From the NCBI GenBank assembly GCA_964632485.1, contig CAZWDO010000017.1:1-64000 (forward strand): a stretch of 64,000 nucleotides of DNA, given 5' to 3'. Positions 18,873-30,063 of the stretch are shown one piece after another. The notes under the pieces are model-generated. The model saw only the letters and a program-made list of their open reading frames with translations, searched no databases and was not told where the DNA came from. How positions within the stretch are numbered: position 1 is the first letter of the stretch; every line of letters starts with the position of its first letter. The DNA comes from an uncultured bacterium (GTDB taxonomy: Bacteria; JAGOEH01). Position numbers and translations under genes: made by a program.

Positions 18873-19982
18873 TCAAGTATCCCTGCCCGCCAGTTTTTGA
18901 TAGAGAACGAGCAGGTTCTTTTTGGTGACCGGAACCGGGGATAAGAACGTATTGCGGGCCAGAAAGGTTGTTTCCACAAGCTCTTCCAGGTTTAAACGAT
19001 TCAGCCCGGGACACTGGAAATTGATGTCGCGTTTTTCCAGCCAGTAATAAAAATTATGCAGGGAATGAAATCCGGCGGCTTGCAATATTTCCAGTAACAA
19101 TGGTAGGATCGCCGGGCTATAAAATTCGATAATCAACGGCATCACCATGGCATTGGCCCGGCCATGAGGAACACCCAGATGATATGTGAGGGGATATCCG
19201 ATGGAATGCTGAAGTGTGGTAGAACTTTGAGCGATGGTAATTCCGCCGTAAAGAGATGCCTGCATGAGGGATTCGCGAACGCTCCATGCCTGGCTGTCCG
19301 CTTCGCATTCCGGCAGATTTTCTTTAATTCTGCGGATGCCGTCGATAATCAACGGATAAATGGTGAGATTCCGGTTTTGCGAATAAATCCCCTCGAGTAG
19401 ATGGCTCAGGGCGTCCAGGGTAGTATCCCGTGTTACTTCTAACGGCAACGTCACTGTAAATGATGGATCTAAAAAGGATAGTTTGGGAAAAAGAAGCGCA
19501 TCTCCGAAACCGCTTTTACGATGGTGAGTTACGTCATTCAGCACGCAATACTGGGTGACTTCCGAACCGGTACCGGAAGTAGTGGGAATGGCGATAATCG
19601 GCAGGGCGCGAATTCGTTGGGCTGCGTCAAAAAGAGATTCCGCGGGAATTCCCGTGGCTAACATGAGCGCCAATGCCTTGGCTGCGTCGATATAACTGCC
19701 GCCACCCAGTCCGATAATGGCTTTATAATTTTCTCCCCGGTGAGTTTCCCCGATTGAGCTTAATTCATCGGTGCGCGGATTGGGACTCAATGTATCGACA
19801 ACCTGATGGATGATTCCATGCTGATTTAGTTCTGCGATCAATTGATCAAGAGAACCGTTTATGCGGGAACTCTTTCCGGTAATTATCAACAAGGGAGAAC
19901 CCCATTGGGCCAGCGCTTTTGAATACTTTTGTAAACAATTTTTTCCAAAAAAATAACGGACAGGCATAAAAAATTCACTCAT
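18873..19982 (-). CDS. Iron-containing alcohol dehydrogenase
   Basis: PNP, GLGGGSYIDAAK, IPTTSGTGSEVT, DALSH, H...HG metal ligands; start moved to the ATG behind SD GAAGG. Confidence 0.9.
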   Translation of the reverse strand: MSEFFMPVRYFFGKNCLQKYSKALAQWGSPLLIITGKSSRINGSLDQLIAELNQHGIIHQVVDTLSPNPRTDELSSIGETHRGENYKAIIGLGGGSYIDAAKALALMLATGIPAESLFDAAQRIRALPIIAIPTTSGTGSEVTQYCVLNDVTHHRKSGFGDALLFPKLSFLDPSFTVTLPLEVTRDTTLDALSHLLEGIYSQNRNLTIYPLIIDGIRRIKENLPECEADSQAWSVRESLMQASLYGGITIAQSSTTLQHSIGYPLTYHLGVPHGRANAMVMPLIIEFYSPAILPLLLEILQAAGFHSLHNFYYWLEKRDINFQCPGLNRLNLEELVETTFLARNTFLSPVPVTKKNLLVLYQKLAGRDT

Positions 19983-20085
19983 TTTATTTCCTTCCTTCAA
20001 CAATTACTCTTGCGCCTGGATATGAGCATAAATACGCAACCCGGTCATCTTTGAAGCTTCCAGGTTTTATTCCTCAATTTAATTG

Positions 20086-20114
20086 AATATACGGGATGAT
20101 ACGCTAAATGTCAA
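20086..20114 (-). promoter_or_regulatory. sigma70-type promoter of Fe-ADH
   Basis: TTGACA-N17-TATATT on the minus strand. Confidence 0.7.
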
Positions 20115-20263
20115 GGAAAAATATCGTATTATAGTATATTCTCTGTAACTGTGTTCGCTTGTGTCCCCTTACAATTAGAGCCTGGTTTACTGTAAAGTTC
20201 AATAATCTGTAATTATCTATTAAACCCCATACTGCTATTTCATTTTTAATATGTTCTTATGGC

Positions 20264-20292
20264 TTGACATTCGGCGCTGAATCATTTATATT
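20264..20292 (+). promoter_or_regulatory. sigma70-type promoter of the giant adhesin gene
   Basis: TTGACA-N17-TATATT. Confidence 0.75.
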
Positions 20293-20413
20293 GAAATTAA
20301 AGATGCAATTGATTCCGTCTTGAGGAATTTTTGCTATTTGTTTTAAAGAATCGGCTGAATTTTGCCGATATTATAAGAGACATTGAATTCCATGATTGCA
20401 GGAGGCTTTTTTT

Positions 20414-23400
20414 GTGCGTTTGAAAATTTTATGTTTGATTCTAATCTTAATACCATCATTTATAAAAGCAGGTTATACTATATTAAAAACCGGTGATCCG
20501 GGCGGTCCGGCTTTTAGTTGGATCGATATCTCGGCGACCGGAACCCCCCTGAATATTGCCGATGACAATGCTGTCAATATTGTGGCTCCTTTCGCGGTTC
20601 CTTTATGGGGCAATACTGCCACCCAATTGAGGGTCGGCAATAATGGGGCGATTCTTTTTGATGCGGTAGCCGGAAATATTGAATTTGCAAATTTGGAACT
20701 CTCCAATGCATTAACACCGGATAATTTGGTTGCGGTTTTCTGGGATGATATGGATGACGCGCCGGGCAATGTTTATTACCAATCAACCGGGGTAGCGCCG
20801 AACCGCCAATTCGTCATTTCCTGGGAAGGATACTCCCGTTTTCAGGCAGCGGGAGTCGGCGATTTCCAGGTGGTTTTCACGGAAAATTCCTCAAATATTC
20901 TCTTTCAGTACCTGGATGTGGATTTCAGTAATGTGGCCTATGATTATGGCAACAGCGCCACAGTGGGTTTAAAACGAGCCGGTAACATGATTCAACAGGT
21001 ATCTTACAATTCGACTGCCGTCCTCAGCAATAATCTGGCCGTTCAGTTTCTATACAGCAACAGCGCGCCGGTACTTAATACCGGTGGCAGTCCAAAGTTA
21101 AGTTCGATTGCCGAGGGAATTCTTGTGGGAAATAATACCGGAACAAAAATATCGAGTTTTATTTCCAGCATTGATCCCATCAATATGATCACCGACGCCA
21201 ATGGCGATGATGAGGGCATTGCCGTTTACAGCGTCGATGAAGTCAATGGCGCCTGGTCCTATTCATTGAATGACGGCGGCAGTTGGACCGCGGTTGCCCC
21301 CGTCGCGGCCGGTAGCGCTTTATTACTGTCGGCTGATACTCAAACCCGCTTGCGCTTCCAGCCGAGTGACGCAGATTGGACCGGTTCAGCGACTTTTTTA
21401 TTTCGCGCCTGGGATTTAACCCAGGGGGAAAACGGTGAAAAGACCGATGTCTCGACAAATGGCGGGACAACGGCTTACAGCTCAGATTTTGAGACGGGCA
21501 CAATTACGGTCATCAATGAAAACGATGCTCCGGTTCTGACTAATACAGGCCAACCGGCATGGACCGCTATCGACGAAGATGATGCAGCGCAAATTGGTAA
21601 CACCGTCGCGCAGATTATTGCCGGACTTGATGCCCCGCAAATTACAGATGTCGATCCCGGCGCGGTGGAAGGAATCGCCGTTGTCGCGGTTACTAATACC
21701 AATGGTCAATGGCAATGGACAATCAACGGGGGCAGCGCCTGGACAAATTTCAGCGTTTCGGCGCCGGCCGCTAATAATGCCCGATTGTTGGCGGATGATG
21801 TCCTGACCCGTATCCGCTTTTATCCGGACAATAATTATAATGGCGCGGTCACGGGTAATATTACATTTCGCGCCTGGGACCAGACCGGCGCCGGCGTCAA
21901 TGGAGGCGCGGTCGATATTACTGTTGTCGGAACGAGTGGAATTACGCCATTCAGCGCCAATTCTGTCACTTCTCAATCCATTACGGTGAATGCAGTCAAT
22001 GATCCCCCCGTTCATTCTATCCCGGGCGCGCAATCGATGAATGAAGAAGCCACTCTAACCTTCAATGCCGCCAATAGTAATCTGATTTCGGTCAGCGATG
22101 CGGATGCCGGCGGAGCAGCCGTCCAAACCTCCATCTCGGCCACTAACGGGACTTTAACTCTCAGTGGAATTGTCGGGCTGGCGTTTACGGTGGGGGACGG
22201 CGCCGCTGATGCCGCGATGACCTTCACCGGGACGATTGCCGCTATTAACACCGCGTTAGATGGGATTTCTTATACCCCCACTCTGAATTATTTTGGCGCG
22301 GCCACCCTAACACTCTCCACCAATGATCAGGGCAACACTCCCGCCCCCGCGCAACAGGATGATGATCAGATTACGATTAATGTCCAGAATGTGAATGACG
22401 CCCCTGTTCTGGTCACGAATCTCGGCCTGACTGTGGGTGAATCTGCCACCGGAACGATTACCCAGGCTTTGCTGCAGGTAACCGATGTGGATAATACGGC
22501 GGCGCAGATTGCCTATACTCTATCCGCGCTTCCCACTCACGGGCAGGTACGGAATAACGGCGCGGGATTGGGAATTGGCGGTAGTTTTACCCAGGACGAT
22601 ATCGATAATAGCCGTGTCACTTTTGTCAATAATGGCGATGAAGTCGCAAACGATCAATTCACTTTTACCGTGAGCGACGGTGCCGGAGGATCGATTGGCG
22701 CAACGGTTTTCGCTATTACGGTCACTTTGGCTAACGATGCGCCGGTCAATAGCGTGCCAGGAGCGCAAACAACTGCCGAGGATACTCCATTAACCTTCAA
22801 TGTGGCGAACAGCAATCTGATCAGCATCAGCGACGATGACGCGGGTGGTGGCGATTTGCAGGTGGTTTTGTCCGGGGCAAACGGTGTGATCACCCTGAGT
22901 GGAATCGCTGGATTGGCGTTTACGGTGGGCGACGGCGCCGCCGATGCCGCCATGACCTTTACGGGCCCTCTGGCCGCCATTAATACGGCGCTGGATGGTC
23001 TGATTTTTACTCCCACGCCCGCTTTCAGCGGCGCAGGCAGCATACAAATCAATACCGATGACCAGGGTAATAGCGGTCTGGGCGGGGCGCAAAGCGATCT
23101 GGATAATATTGCAATTACAATTTCCGCTGTCAATGACGCGCCGGTCAATAGTGTTCCGGGCGCCCAAAATATAAACGAAGACGCGCCGTTAACCTTCAAT
23201 GCAGGCAATGGCAATTTGATCAGCATCGCCGATGGCGATGCCGGCGCCGGAGTGTTGCTGATGAATCTTACCGCTTCTAACGGAACTGTTACGCTGAGCG
23301 GGATCGCCGGATTGATTTTTTCCGCCGGAGACGGCGCCGCCGATGCCGCTATGACCTTCACTGGCGCTCTGGCTGCTATCAATATCGCCCTCGACGGGTT

Positions 23401-26400
23401 GATTTTCACCCCCACCAGCAATTTTAATGGTGTCGCTGGTTTGCAGATTACTACCAATGACCAGGGCAATACCGGTAGTGGCGGCGCCCAAAGCGATGTC
23501 GATAATATTGTCATTAATGTGGCTTCTCTGAATGATGCTCCGATTAATAGCGTCCCCGCCGCCCAGGTTATCGACGAAGATGCCGTTTTGACGTTCAATG
23601 TGGCCAACGGGAATCTGATCAGCGTCAGTGATATCGATATTGCCGCCGCCGATCTGCAAATTGTTTTGACCGCTACCAATGGAACACTCTCTTTAAGCGG
23701 GATTGGCGGACTGGCATTTACCGTCGGCGACGGCGCCGACGATGCCACGATGACCTTCACCGCTACCCAGGCCAATGTCAATACGGCGCTGGCAGGTATG
23801 ACCTTTACCCCCACTTCTCAATTCAGCGGCGCCGCTAATCTTCAGATTAATAGCAATGACCAGGGTAATACCGGCGCAGGAGGAGCTCAGGCTGATATTG
23901 ACAATATTGTCATTACCGTTACAACCGTTAATGATCCTCCCGTGAATAGCGTCCCGGGCGTTCAAACAACGAATGAAGATGTCCCGTTGACGTTCAACGC
24001 AGGTAACGGTAATCTGATCAGCATCAGCGATGCAGATGTCGCCGCGGGCAATCTGCAGATAACCCTGACAGGCGGTAGCGGAACTGTTACTTTAAGCGGG
24101 ATTGTGGGACTGGCCTTCACGACCGGCGATGGCGCTGATGATGTGTTGATGACTTTTACCGGGACATTAGCCAATATTAACACCTCGCTGGATGGATTGA
24201 TCTTTGCCCCTGCCACTAATTTTAACGGCGGCGCCACGCTTACTATTTTGACGAATGATCAGGGCAATACCGGACCCGATGGCGCTAAGACAGATCAGGA
24301 TATCATATCCATCACCGTCAATGCCCAGAATGATGCCCCGGTGAACAATATTCCCGCCGCGCAGGTTACTGACGAAGATACACCGTTAACTTTTTCTTCG
24401 GCAGTCGGCAATACGATTTATATTACGGATGACGCGGGGAGTAACCCGGCACAACTTGCGTTGACGGCCACAAACGGTGTCTTGACCTTAAATGGCGTTA
24501 GCGGCTTGACCTTTACCGTCGGCGATGGCTCAGCCGACGCCGCGATGACTTTTACCGGAACTTTGGCCAATATTAACACAGCCATCAATGGACTTGTTTT
24601 TACCCCGACTGCCGAATATAACGGCGCGGCTAATTTACAAATTTCCACCGATGACCAGGGCAATACCGGCGTCGGGGGCGCTTTGACCGATGTCGATAAT
24701 GTGGCCATTACCGTCACCGCTGTTAATGATGCTCCGATTAACAGCGCGCCGGGAACTCAATCCGTCAACGAGGATGCATCGTTAACTTTTAATGCGGCAA
24801 ACAGTAATCTGATCAGCGTCAGCGATATCGACGCGGCAGCCGGTGATATGCAGATAACTTTAACAGCCGTCAATGGAACGCTCACTTTAAGCGGAATTGC
24901 CGGGTTGGCATTCACTGTCGGCGATGGCGCGGCTGATGCTACAATGACTTTTACTGCTACTTTAGTCAATGCCAATCTGGCGCTGGATGGCCTGGTTTTT
25001 GTTCCCACGCCCGATTTTTACGGTTCGGCGACCCTTACATTGCTGGCCAGCGATCAGGGGAATACAGGCAGCGGCGGCGTGAAAACCGATCAGGATCTGA
25101 TTTCTATGACGGTAAATGGACAAAACGACGGTCCCGCGCTGGCTATCAATCTGCCTTTGACGCTCGATGAAGGCGAAATGGGTATCATTACGAATGGACA
25201 GCTTCTTTGTACCGATATCGATACCGATTCAGCCCACCTGATTTATTCACTCGCAACAGCGGTCACCCACGGAATTTTGTTAAAAAGCTCGCCTTCTGCA
25301 ATCTCCCTCGTCAATGGCGGAAATTCTGGTCATTTAGCGCGGGCCGCTGTGAACGATACTCTGGGAGCGGGCGACTCTTTTACCCAGGAAGATATCAATT
25401 TTTCCCGTATCCATTATTACCATGACGGAACAGAAACCATTACCGATTTTTTTCAATTCACCGTTTCCGATGGCGTCGTAACGCTTCCAGCCGCGCAATT
25501 TGATTTTCTCATCAATCTGCGCAATGATCTGCCGGTCCTGGCTGCGCTGGATACCCTGATTGTCAGTGAAGGGGGTAGCGGAACCCTGACACAGGCCGAT
25601 CTGGAAGTAATCGATGAAGAAAGCGCGGCCAATCAGATTCAGTTTACTCTGGCTGAATCGCCTGATTATGGCGAGCTCCGTCTGAATGCCGCGGCGTTGG
25701 GGGTGGGTCAGCAATTTACGCAAAACAATATTAACAGTGGGGGAGTCTCTTATCAGCATGACGGTAGTGAAACTCTCGGCGATACCTTTCGTTTTACCGT
25801 TAATGACGGCGATGGCGGAACGATGGCTTCCACCGCTTTTTCCCTGGTAATTATGCCGGTGAACGATCTTCCGGTATTGATCACCAATGATACCTTGTTT
25901 ATGAATGAAGGAGATACGGCAACGATCAATCAAACATTGTTGCGGTCGGACGATGTGGATCATACTGCCGCGCAGCTAACCTATACGATATCAACATTGC
26001 CGACCGCCGGCCAGATTTGGGTGAACGGGCAGGCATTGACTCTGAATGGGACCTTTACTCAAGCCCAGCTCAATAGCGGAGCCGTGGAATACGTCCATAT
26101 CCAACAAGCGGTTTTGGCGGATCAGTTTACATTTACACTTCGTGACGGGGCGGGGGCTGCCATAGCTGCCACTCAACTCAATGTAAGAATTTACGCGGTC
26201 CATGATCCTCCCTGGGCCGATAATATGACCGTGACGTTGCTGGAAGACCATCTCTACAACGGCGTATTGATTGCCGGTGATGAGGAAAATCAGCCTCTTT
26301 TCTATCGTGTCGCTATCAATGGCGCCAAAGGTACGTTTACAATCACGGATTCCACTCAACCCCAATTCGTTTATACTCCTCAATTTAATGCCAATGGAGA

Positions 26401-29400
26401 AGACAGCGTTTATTTTCAGGTGAATGACGGCGTTTCTAATTCTAAAACAGCTAAAATTGTAATCATGATATATGCCGTCAATGATAAACCTCTTTTTACA
26501 GCAGGTGATTCAATCCTAAGGATAGAGGATTGCGGGGTTCAAATGATTGCTGATTGGGCAACAGCAATCTCCTCCGGCGCGGCCAATGAGGCCAGTCAAT
26601 CCATTAGTTTTGAACTGCTGGGCGATGGCGGGGACTTGTTTTCCCAGGAACCCTTTATCGATGAAACGGGTACGTTGAGTTTTAATCCCGCGCTCAATCA
26701 GTCGGGAAGCGCGACCTGGCAGATCGTCCTAAATGACGATGGGGGTACGCTGAACGGCGGTGTCGCTTCCTCCGACACAAGTCAATTGACCATCACAATC
26801 CTGGCGGTAGATGATCCGCCTTCATTTAATACTGCTCCCATTCCTGCGGATCAGGCGCGGAGTGTCTCTCTATTGCCGATTCTGGACTGGCTGGCGGAAG
26901 ACCCTGAAGGCGATGCGATTTTATATGATTTGTATTTTGGTTCAGAAAATCCCCCGCCGCTGCTGGCCACTAATCTGACTCAATCCCGCTACGAGTTGTC
27001 TAATTTACAGTACGGTTCCACTTATTTTTGGCAAGTGGTTGCTAAAACAGCGACTGCCAACACAGTCAGTTCCCTCTGGCAATTTGTTACGCAATACCGA
27101 TTGGAAATTATGAGCCCGGAAGAAGGCGAAATTATTGCCGGAGGTTCCTCATATCAGATTTACTGGCAATCTAATTCACCCCAGATCGATTCGGTCGGAA
27201 TCGCGTATTCCGTGGATCATGGCGCCCATTTTCTGACAATTATTGATGGTTATCCAAACAGCGGACACTATGAGTGGACTGTTCCCGGGGTCAATAGCGA
27301 TGAATGCATGCTCAAAATTTGGAAACATAATGAATTGGATGTTTACGGGTACAGTGGGCTGTTTGCTGTTCGCGCTAATTGGTTCGAGTTGATCCAGCCT
27401 GTGAATGGCGATCTCTATAATACCGCTTCGTCGCAAACAATCAAACTTCATTGCGTCGGTTTGCAGCGCGATTTTTCATTCTTTCTTACCGGAAATGGGG
27501 GAGAATCATGGGTTCCCCTGACCATCAATCAGTTAAGCAAATTATCCGTGATTGATACATTCAGCTTTACCTGGCTGGTACCATCATTGGTTTCCAATCA
27601 ATGTCGGATTCGCGGTGTTTATAATCCCAATCCATCCATCATCGATGAAAGTGATGGGTGGTTCAGTATCCGCGACGGACAAAATTTAACGCTCATTGAA
27701 CCCAATGGGGGCGAAATATTAGCCGGAGGCGAACCGGATACGATCCGCTGGGTATCTCAAGGCGCTATTGAGCGGGTTCATCTGGCTTTTTCTATCGATA
27801 ACGGGCAGCAGTACCAGTGGATTCATCAAAATGTGTCCAATATAGGGCGGTATAGTTGGAATGTTCCGGATATAGATGCCGCAGAATGCCGGGTCAAGGT
27901 CATTCAGGCCGATGATCAATCGGTATGGGATATTTCTGATGAAACGTTCCAAATCGCGCGCAAATTGATTCAATTTACGGCTCCTCTCGGCGGGGCATAT
28001 TCAAGCGGAGATACGATCAGAGTAGCCTGGCAGGCATCGCCGGTGATTGAACTACTGAATCTCTATTTTTCGGCTGATGGCGGCTATCAGTGGCAAAACA
28101 TCGTGTCGAATAAAAATGCCGCTACGGGATTCTATATTTATACCCTCCCGGATACCATCACCGCCCAGGCTTGCTTCCGGGCGCAATCCGTCCGTTATCC
28201 CGCCACTCTGGCTCAATCAGCGCTTTTTTCGATTAGTCGCCTGAGTCATCCTATTTCTAAAATCATCCGTCCATCTGCCGATACAACAATCGTTGTCGGT
28301 ACAACTATTCAATTCGAAGGTTTGGAAATGAGTCTGGAAGGGGTGAGCTATCGTTGGGATTTTGGGGATGGCAGTTCCAGTGAACTATTGAATCCGACAC
28401 ATCTTTTCTCAGTGGAGGGCATATTCCGTATTCTTCACTGGTACGAGTTGGACGGAGTGGAATTTAAAGCGGATACCCTATGGGTCACGGTTCAAAATCC
28501 AGCGGAGAACTATCCCCTTTATTTCTGGAATCAACCCCAGAGTCAGCTTTTTGGACGTAATGTATGGTTTTATTGGCAAACCAATCAGCCCGGCACAGCG
28601 CGTTTGTATTATGGCAGTTCACCGACTCAGTTGAATTCTTCCATTGTATTGGACGAGAATGACTGGCGACATTCGACGATTATCCGTTCGCCCGCAACCG
28701 GCAAATACTATTTTAAAGTTATGGCCGAAAATCAGTTTCAGAGTATTTATTCAACATTGGATTCATTCTCTATTGCGCAGAATGCCGCGCCGGATTTCCA
28801 TACCCCATTTCTCATTTCAATGGAAATCCATCCCCGCCGTAATTCCTGTGCGCTGATTGCTGAGTTTAACGAACCGGTTCGGACAACTCTTCATTATGGC
28901 GCCGATCCCAACCAATTGATCAGCGCTCAGGCAGGGCAAACCTATTTATACCGCCATCTGTTTTACATCGATAATTTAGCTTCCGGACAACAATATTATT
29001 ATAAAATACTGATGAGCGACATTAACGACAATCAAGCGCTCTATCCTGCAGATGCTGTATTGGCTAAGACCGGGGAATCAGTCCCCGCCACTGGTTTTGC
29101 AACGATAAATGAAGCGGATTCAGCCCCACCGCAGTTTACTCTGCCTCCCTTGATATTTTGGCGCTATCTCAATCGTCTGGGACTTGCCTGGGGTTGTAAT
29201 GAGCCGGTTTATTTCCGGCTGAGCCTCTACCAACAGGAACAACTCATCCGCTATTACCGGGATGATCAGTATTTCAGCATGGAGCGTATTTTATTTTTAG
29301 AAGGCCTGGGAAGCGGACTCACTTATCGCTTGAACCTCGAATTAATTGATCAGGAAGGAAACCGGACATCATACAATATCCCGTCTGTTATCCTGGACGC

Positions 29401-29995
29401 CCAGAATGGCGGAGCTCCGGCAATTGCTCAGGCGCCGGTTGTTACGCTACGGGAAACAGCATTGCAAATGGAATGGCAGACCTGGCCTGCGGCGACTCGG
29501 CATGCGCGCTGGGGATTCTCTCCGGATAGCCTTATTTATACGCTTGATTTTAAGGATTTTAATTTCACTCATCGAGTCTTTATCAATCCTGACGTTTTAG
29601 ATCATATTGTTTATTACCAGGTTAAGAACTGTACGCCTTCAACATGCGCGCCCTGGTCGGAAATCTATGCGTTTAATCCCACAGGAGTGAATGAGCCGGT
29701 GATGGACGCGGATTCAAGCCACGATTGGGTAAGCCGTGTCTATCCCAATCCGTTCAACCATGATTTAGGAATTGAATTATGGGTTAAGCGGCATCAACCA
29801 ATAAAAATTGAGATTTATAATATGTTAGGACAAAAAATGGAAACTCTGATTCAAATGGAACTTTTCCCCTCAATTCATCGTATAATATGGCAAGGTCGCG
29901 ATAAATATGGATGCGATTTACCCAGTGGAATCTATTTTATACGGATTTCCGGCGTTACTCAGCAGGAAATTCATAAAGTGATGCGGGTAAGATAG
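20414..29995 (+). CDS. Giant secreted surface protein/adhesin (cadherin-like and CSPG-type repeats, Ig/FN3/PKD domains, T9SS/FlgD-Ig C-terminal domain)
   Basis: GTG start behind GGAGG and a signal peptide; VNDAP repeats; FTQ.DI...Y.HDG.E CSPG repeats; PNGGE domains; YRWDFGDG PKD; YPNPFN...IYNMLGQ...SGIYF C-terminal domain. Confidence 0.88.
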   Translation: MRLKILCLILILIPSFIKAGYTILKTGDPGGPAFSWIDISATGTPLNIADDNAVNIVAPFAVPLWGNTATQLRVGNNGAILFDAVAGNIEFANLELSNALTPDNLVAVFWDDMDDAPGNVYYQSTGVAPNRQFVISWEGYSRFQAAGVGDFQVVFTENSSNILFQYLDVDFSNVAYDYGNSATVGLKRAGNMIQQVSYNSTAVLSNNLAVQFLYSNSAPVLNTGGSPKLSSIAEGILVGNNTGTKISSFISSIDPINMITDANGDDEGIAVYSVDEVNGAWSYSLNDGGSWTAVAPVAAGSALLLSADTQTRLRFQPSDADWTGSATFLFRAWDLTQGENGEKTDVSTNGGTTAYSSDFETGTITVINENDAPVLTNTGQPAWTAIDEDDAAQIGNTVAQIIAGLDAPQITDVDPGAVEGIAVVAVTNTNGQWQWTINGGSAWTNFSVSAPAANNARLLADDVLTRIRFYPDNNYNGAVTGNITFRAWDQTGAGVNGGAVDITVVGTSGITPFSANSVTSQSITVNAVNDPPVHSIPGAQSMNEEATLTFNAANSNLISVSDADAGGAAVQTSISATNGTLTLSGIVGLAFTVGDGAADAAMTFTGTIAAINTALDGISYTPTLNYFGAATLTLSTNDQGNTPAPAQQDDDQITINVQNVNDAPVLVTNLGLTVGESATGTITQALLQVTDVDNTAAQIAYTLSALPTHGQVRNNGAGLGIGGSFTQDDIDNSRVTFVNNGDEVANDQFTFTVSDGAGGSIGATVFAITVTLANDAPVNSVPGAQTTAEDTPLTFNVANSNLISISDDDAGGGDLQVVLSGANGVITLSGIAGLAFTVGDGAADAAMTFTGPLAAINTALDGLIFTPTPAFSGAGSIQINTDDQGNSGLGGAQSDLDNIAITISAVNDAPVNSVPGAQNINEDAPLTFNAGNGNLISIADGDAGAGVLLMNLTASNGTVTLSGIAGLIFSAGDGAADAAMTFTGALAAINIALDGLIFTPTSNFNGVAGLQITTNDQGNTGSGGAQSDVDNIVINVASLNDAPINSVPAAQVIDEDAVLTFNVANGNLISVSDIDIAAADLQIVLTATNGTLSLSGIGGLAFTVGDGADDATMTFTATQANVNTALAGMTFTPTSQFSGAANLQINSNDQGNTGAGGAQADIDNIVITVTTVNDPPVNSVPGVQTTNEDVPLTFNAGNGNLISISDADVAAGNLQITLTGGSGTVTLSGIVGLAFTTGDGADDVLMTFTGTLANINTSLDGLIFAPATNFNGGATLTILTNDQGNTGPDGAKTDQDIISITVNAQNDAPVNNIPAAQVTDEDTPLTFSSAVGNTIYITDDAGSNPAQLALTATNGVLTLNGVSGLTFTVGDGSADAAMTFTGTLANINTAINGLVFTPTAEYNGAANLQISTDDQGNTGVGGALTDVDNVAITVTAVNDAPINSAPGTQSVNEDASLTFNAANSNLISVSDIDAAAGDMQITLTAVNGTLTLSGIAGLAFTVGDGAADATMTFTATLVNANLALDGLVFVPTPDFYGSATLTLLASDQGNTGSGGVKTDQDLISMTVNGQNDGPALAINLPLTLDEGEMGIITNGQLLCTDIDTDSAHLIYSLATAVTHGILLKSSPSAISLVNGGNSGHLARAAVNDTLGAGDSFTQEDINFSRIHYYHDGTETITDFFQFTVSDGVVTLPAAQFDFLINLRNDLPVLAALDTLIVSEGGSGTLTQADLEVIDEESAANQIQFTLAESPDYGELRLNAAALGVGQQFTQNNINSGGVSYQHDGSETLGDTFRFTVNDGDGGTMASTAFSLVIMPVNDLPVLITNDTLFMNEGDTATINQTLLRSDDVDHTAAQLTYTISTLPTAGQIWVNGQALTLNGTFTQAQLNSGAVEYVHIQQAVLADQFTFTLRDGAGAAIAATQLNVRIYAVHDPPWADNMTVTLLEDHLYNGVLIAGDEENQPLFYRVAINGAKGTFTITDSTQPQFVYTPQFNANGEDSVYFQVNDGVSNSKTAKIVIMIYAVNDKPLFTAGDSILRIEDCGVQMIADWATAISSGAANEASQSISFELLGDGGDLFSQEPFIDETGTLSFNPALNQSGSATWQIVLNDDGGTLNGGVASSDTSQLTITILAVDDPPSFNTAPIPADQARSVSLLPILDWLAEDPEGDAILYDLYFGSENPPPLLATNLTQSRYELSNLQYGSTYFWQVVAKTATANTVSSLWQFVTQYRLEIMSPEEGEIIAGGSSYQIYWQSNSPQIDSVGIAYSVDHGAHFLTIIDGYPNSGHYEWTVPGVNSDECMLKIWKHNELDVYGYSGLFAVRANWFELIQPVNGDLYNTASSQTIKLHCVGLQRDFSFFLTGNGGESWVPLTINQLSKLSVIDTFSFTWLVPSLVSNQCRIRGVYNPNPSIIDESDGWFSIRDGQNLTLIEPNGGEILAGGEPDTIRWVSQGAIERVHLAFSIDNGQQYQWIHQNVSNIGRYSWNVPDIDAAECRVKVIQADDQSVWDISDETFQIARKLIQFTAPLGGAYSSGDTIRVAWQASPVIELLNLYFSADGGYQWQNIVSNKNAATGFYIYTLPDTITAQACFRAQSVRYPATLAQSALFSISRLSHPISKIIRPSADTTIVVGTTIQFEGLEMSLEGVSYRWDFGDGSSSELLNPTHLFSVEGIFRILHWYELDGVEFKADTLWVTVQNPAENYPLYFWNQPQSQLFGRNVWFYWQTNQPGTARLYYGSSPTQLNSSIVLDENDWRHSTIIRSPATGKYYFKVMAENQFQSIYSTLDSFSIAQNAAPDFHTPFLISMEIHPRRNSCALIAEFNEPVRTTLHYGADPNQLISAQAGQTYLYRHLFYIDNLASGQQYYYKILMSDINDNQALYPADAVLAKTGESVPATGFATINEADSAPPQFTLPPLIFWRYLNRLGLAWGCNEPVYFRLSLYQQEQLIRYYRDDQYFSMERILFLEGLGSGLTYRLNLELIDQEGNRTSYNIPSVILDAQNGGAPAIAQAPVVTLRETALQMEWQTWPAATRHARWGFSPDSLIYTLDFKDFNFTHRVFINPDVLDHIVYYQVKNCTPSTCAPWSEIYAFNPTGVNEPVMDADSSHDWVSRVYPNPFNHDLGIELWVKRHQPIKIEIYNMLGQKMETLIQMELFPSIHRIIWQGRDKYGCDLPSGIYFIRISGVTQQEIHKVMRVR
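22733..25125 (+). repeat. Six tandem ~399-bp (~133-aa) cadherin-like coding repeats, plus a seventh copy at ~21995-22390
   Basis: Recurrent NDAPVNSVP...LTFN...NLIS..D...GLAFTVGDGAADAAMTFTG...NDQGNTG units with diverged synonymous sites. Confidence 0.9.
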
Positions 29996-30063
29996 CGTCG
30001 TTGGCCGCTTATTTTTTGCAGTTCAGCGCTATGTAACGGTTTGATTTAAACAAGGAGACGACT

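Noticed and set aside
22733-25125. Periodic repeats considered as a CRISPR array or DGR template
   Set aside because: The ~399-bp period is in-frame and protein-coding with synonymous divergence; there is no repeat-spacer structure and no cas or reverse transcriptase gene in the window.
21243-27973. Many long minus-strand ORFs (e.g. 22654-23814, 386 aa) inside the giant adhesin gene
   Set aside because: Antisense shadows of a repetitive Ala/Gly/Thr/Asn-rich coding strand; no SD or recognisable motifs.
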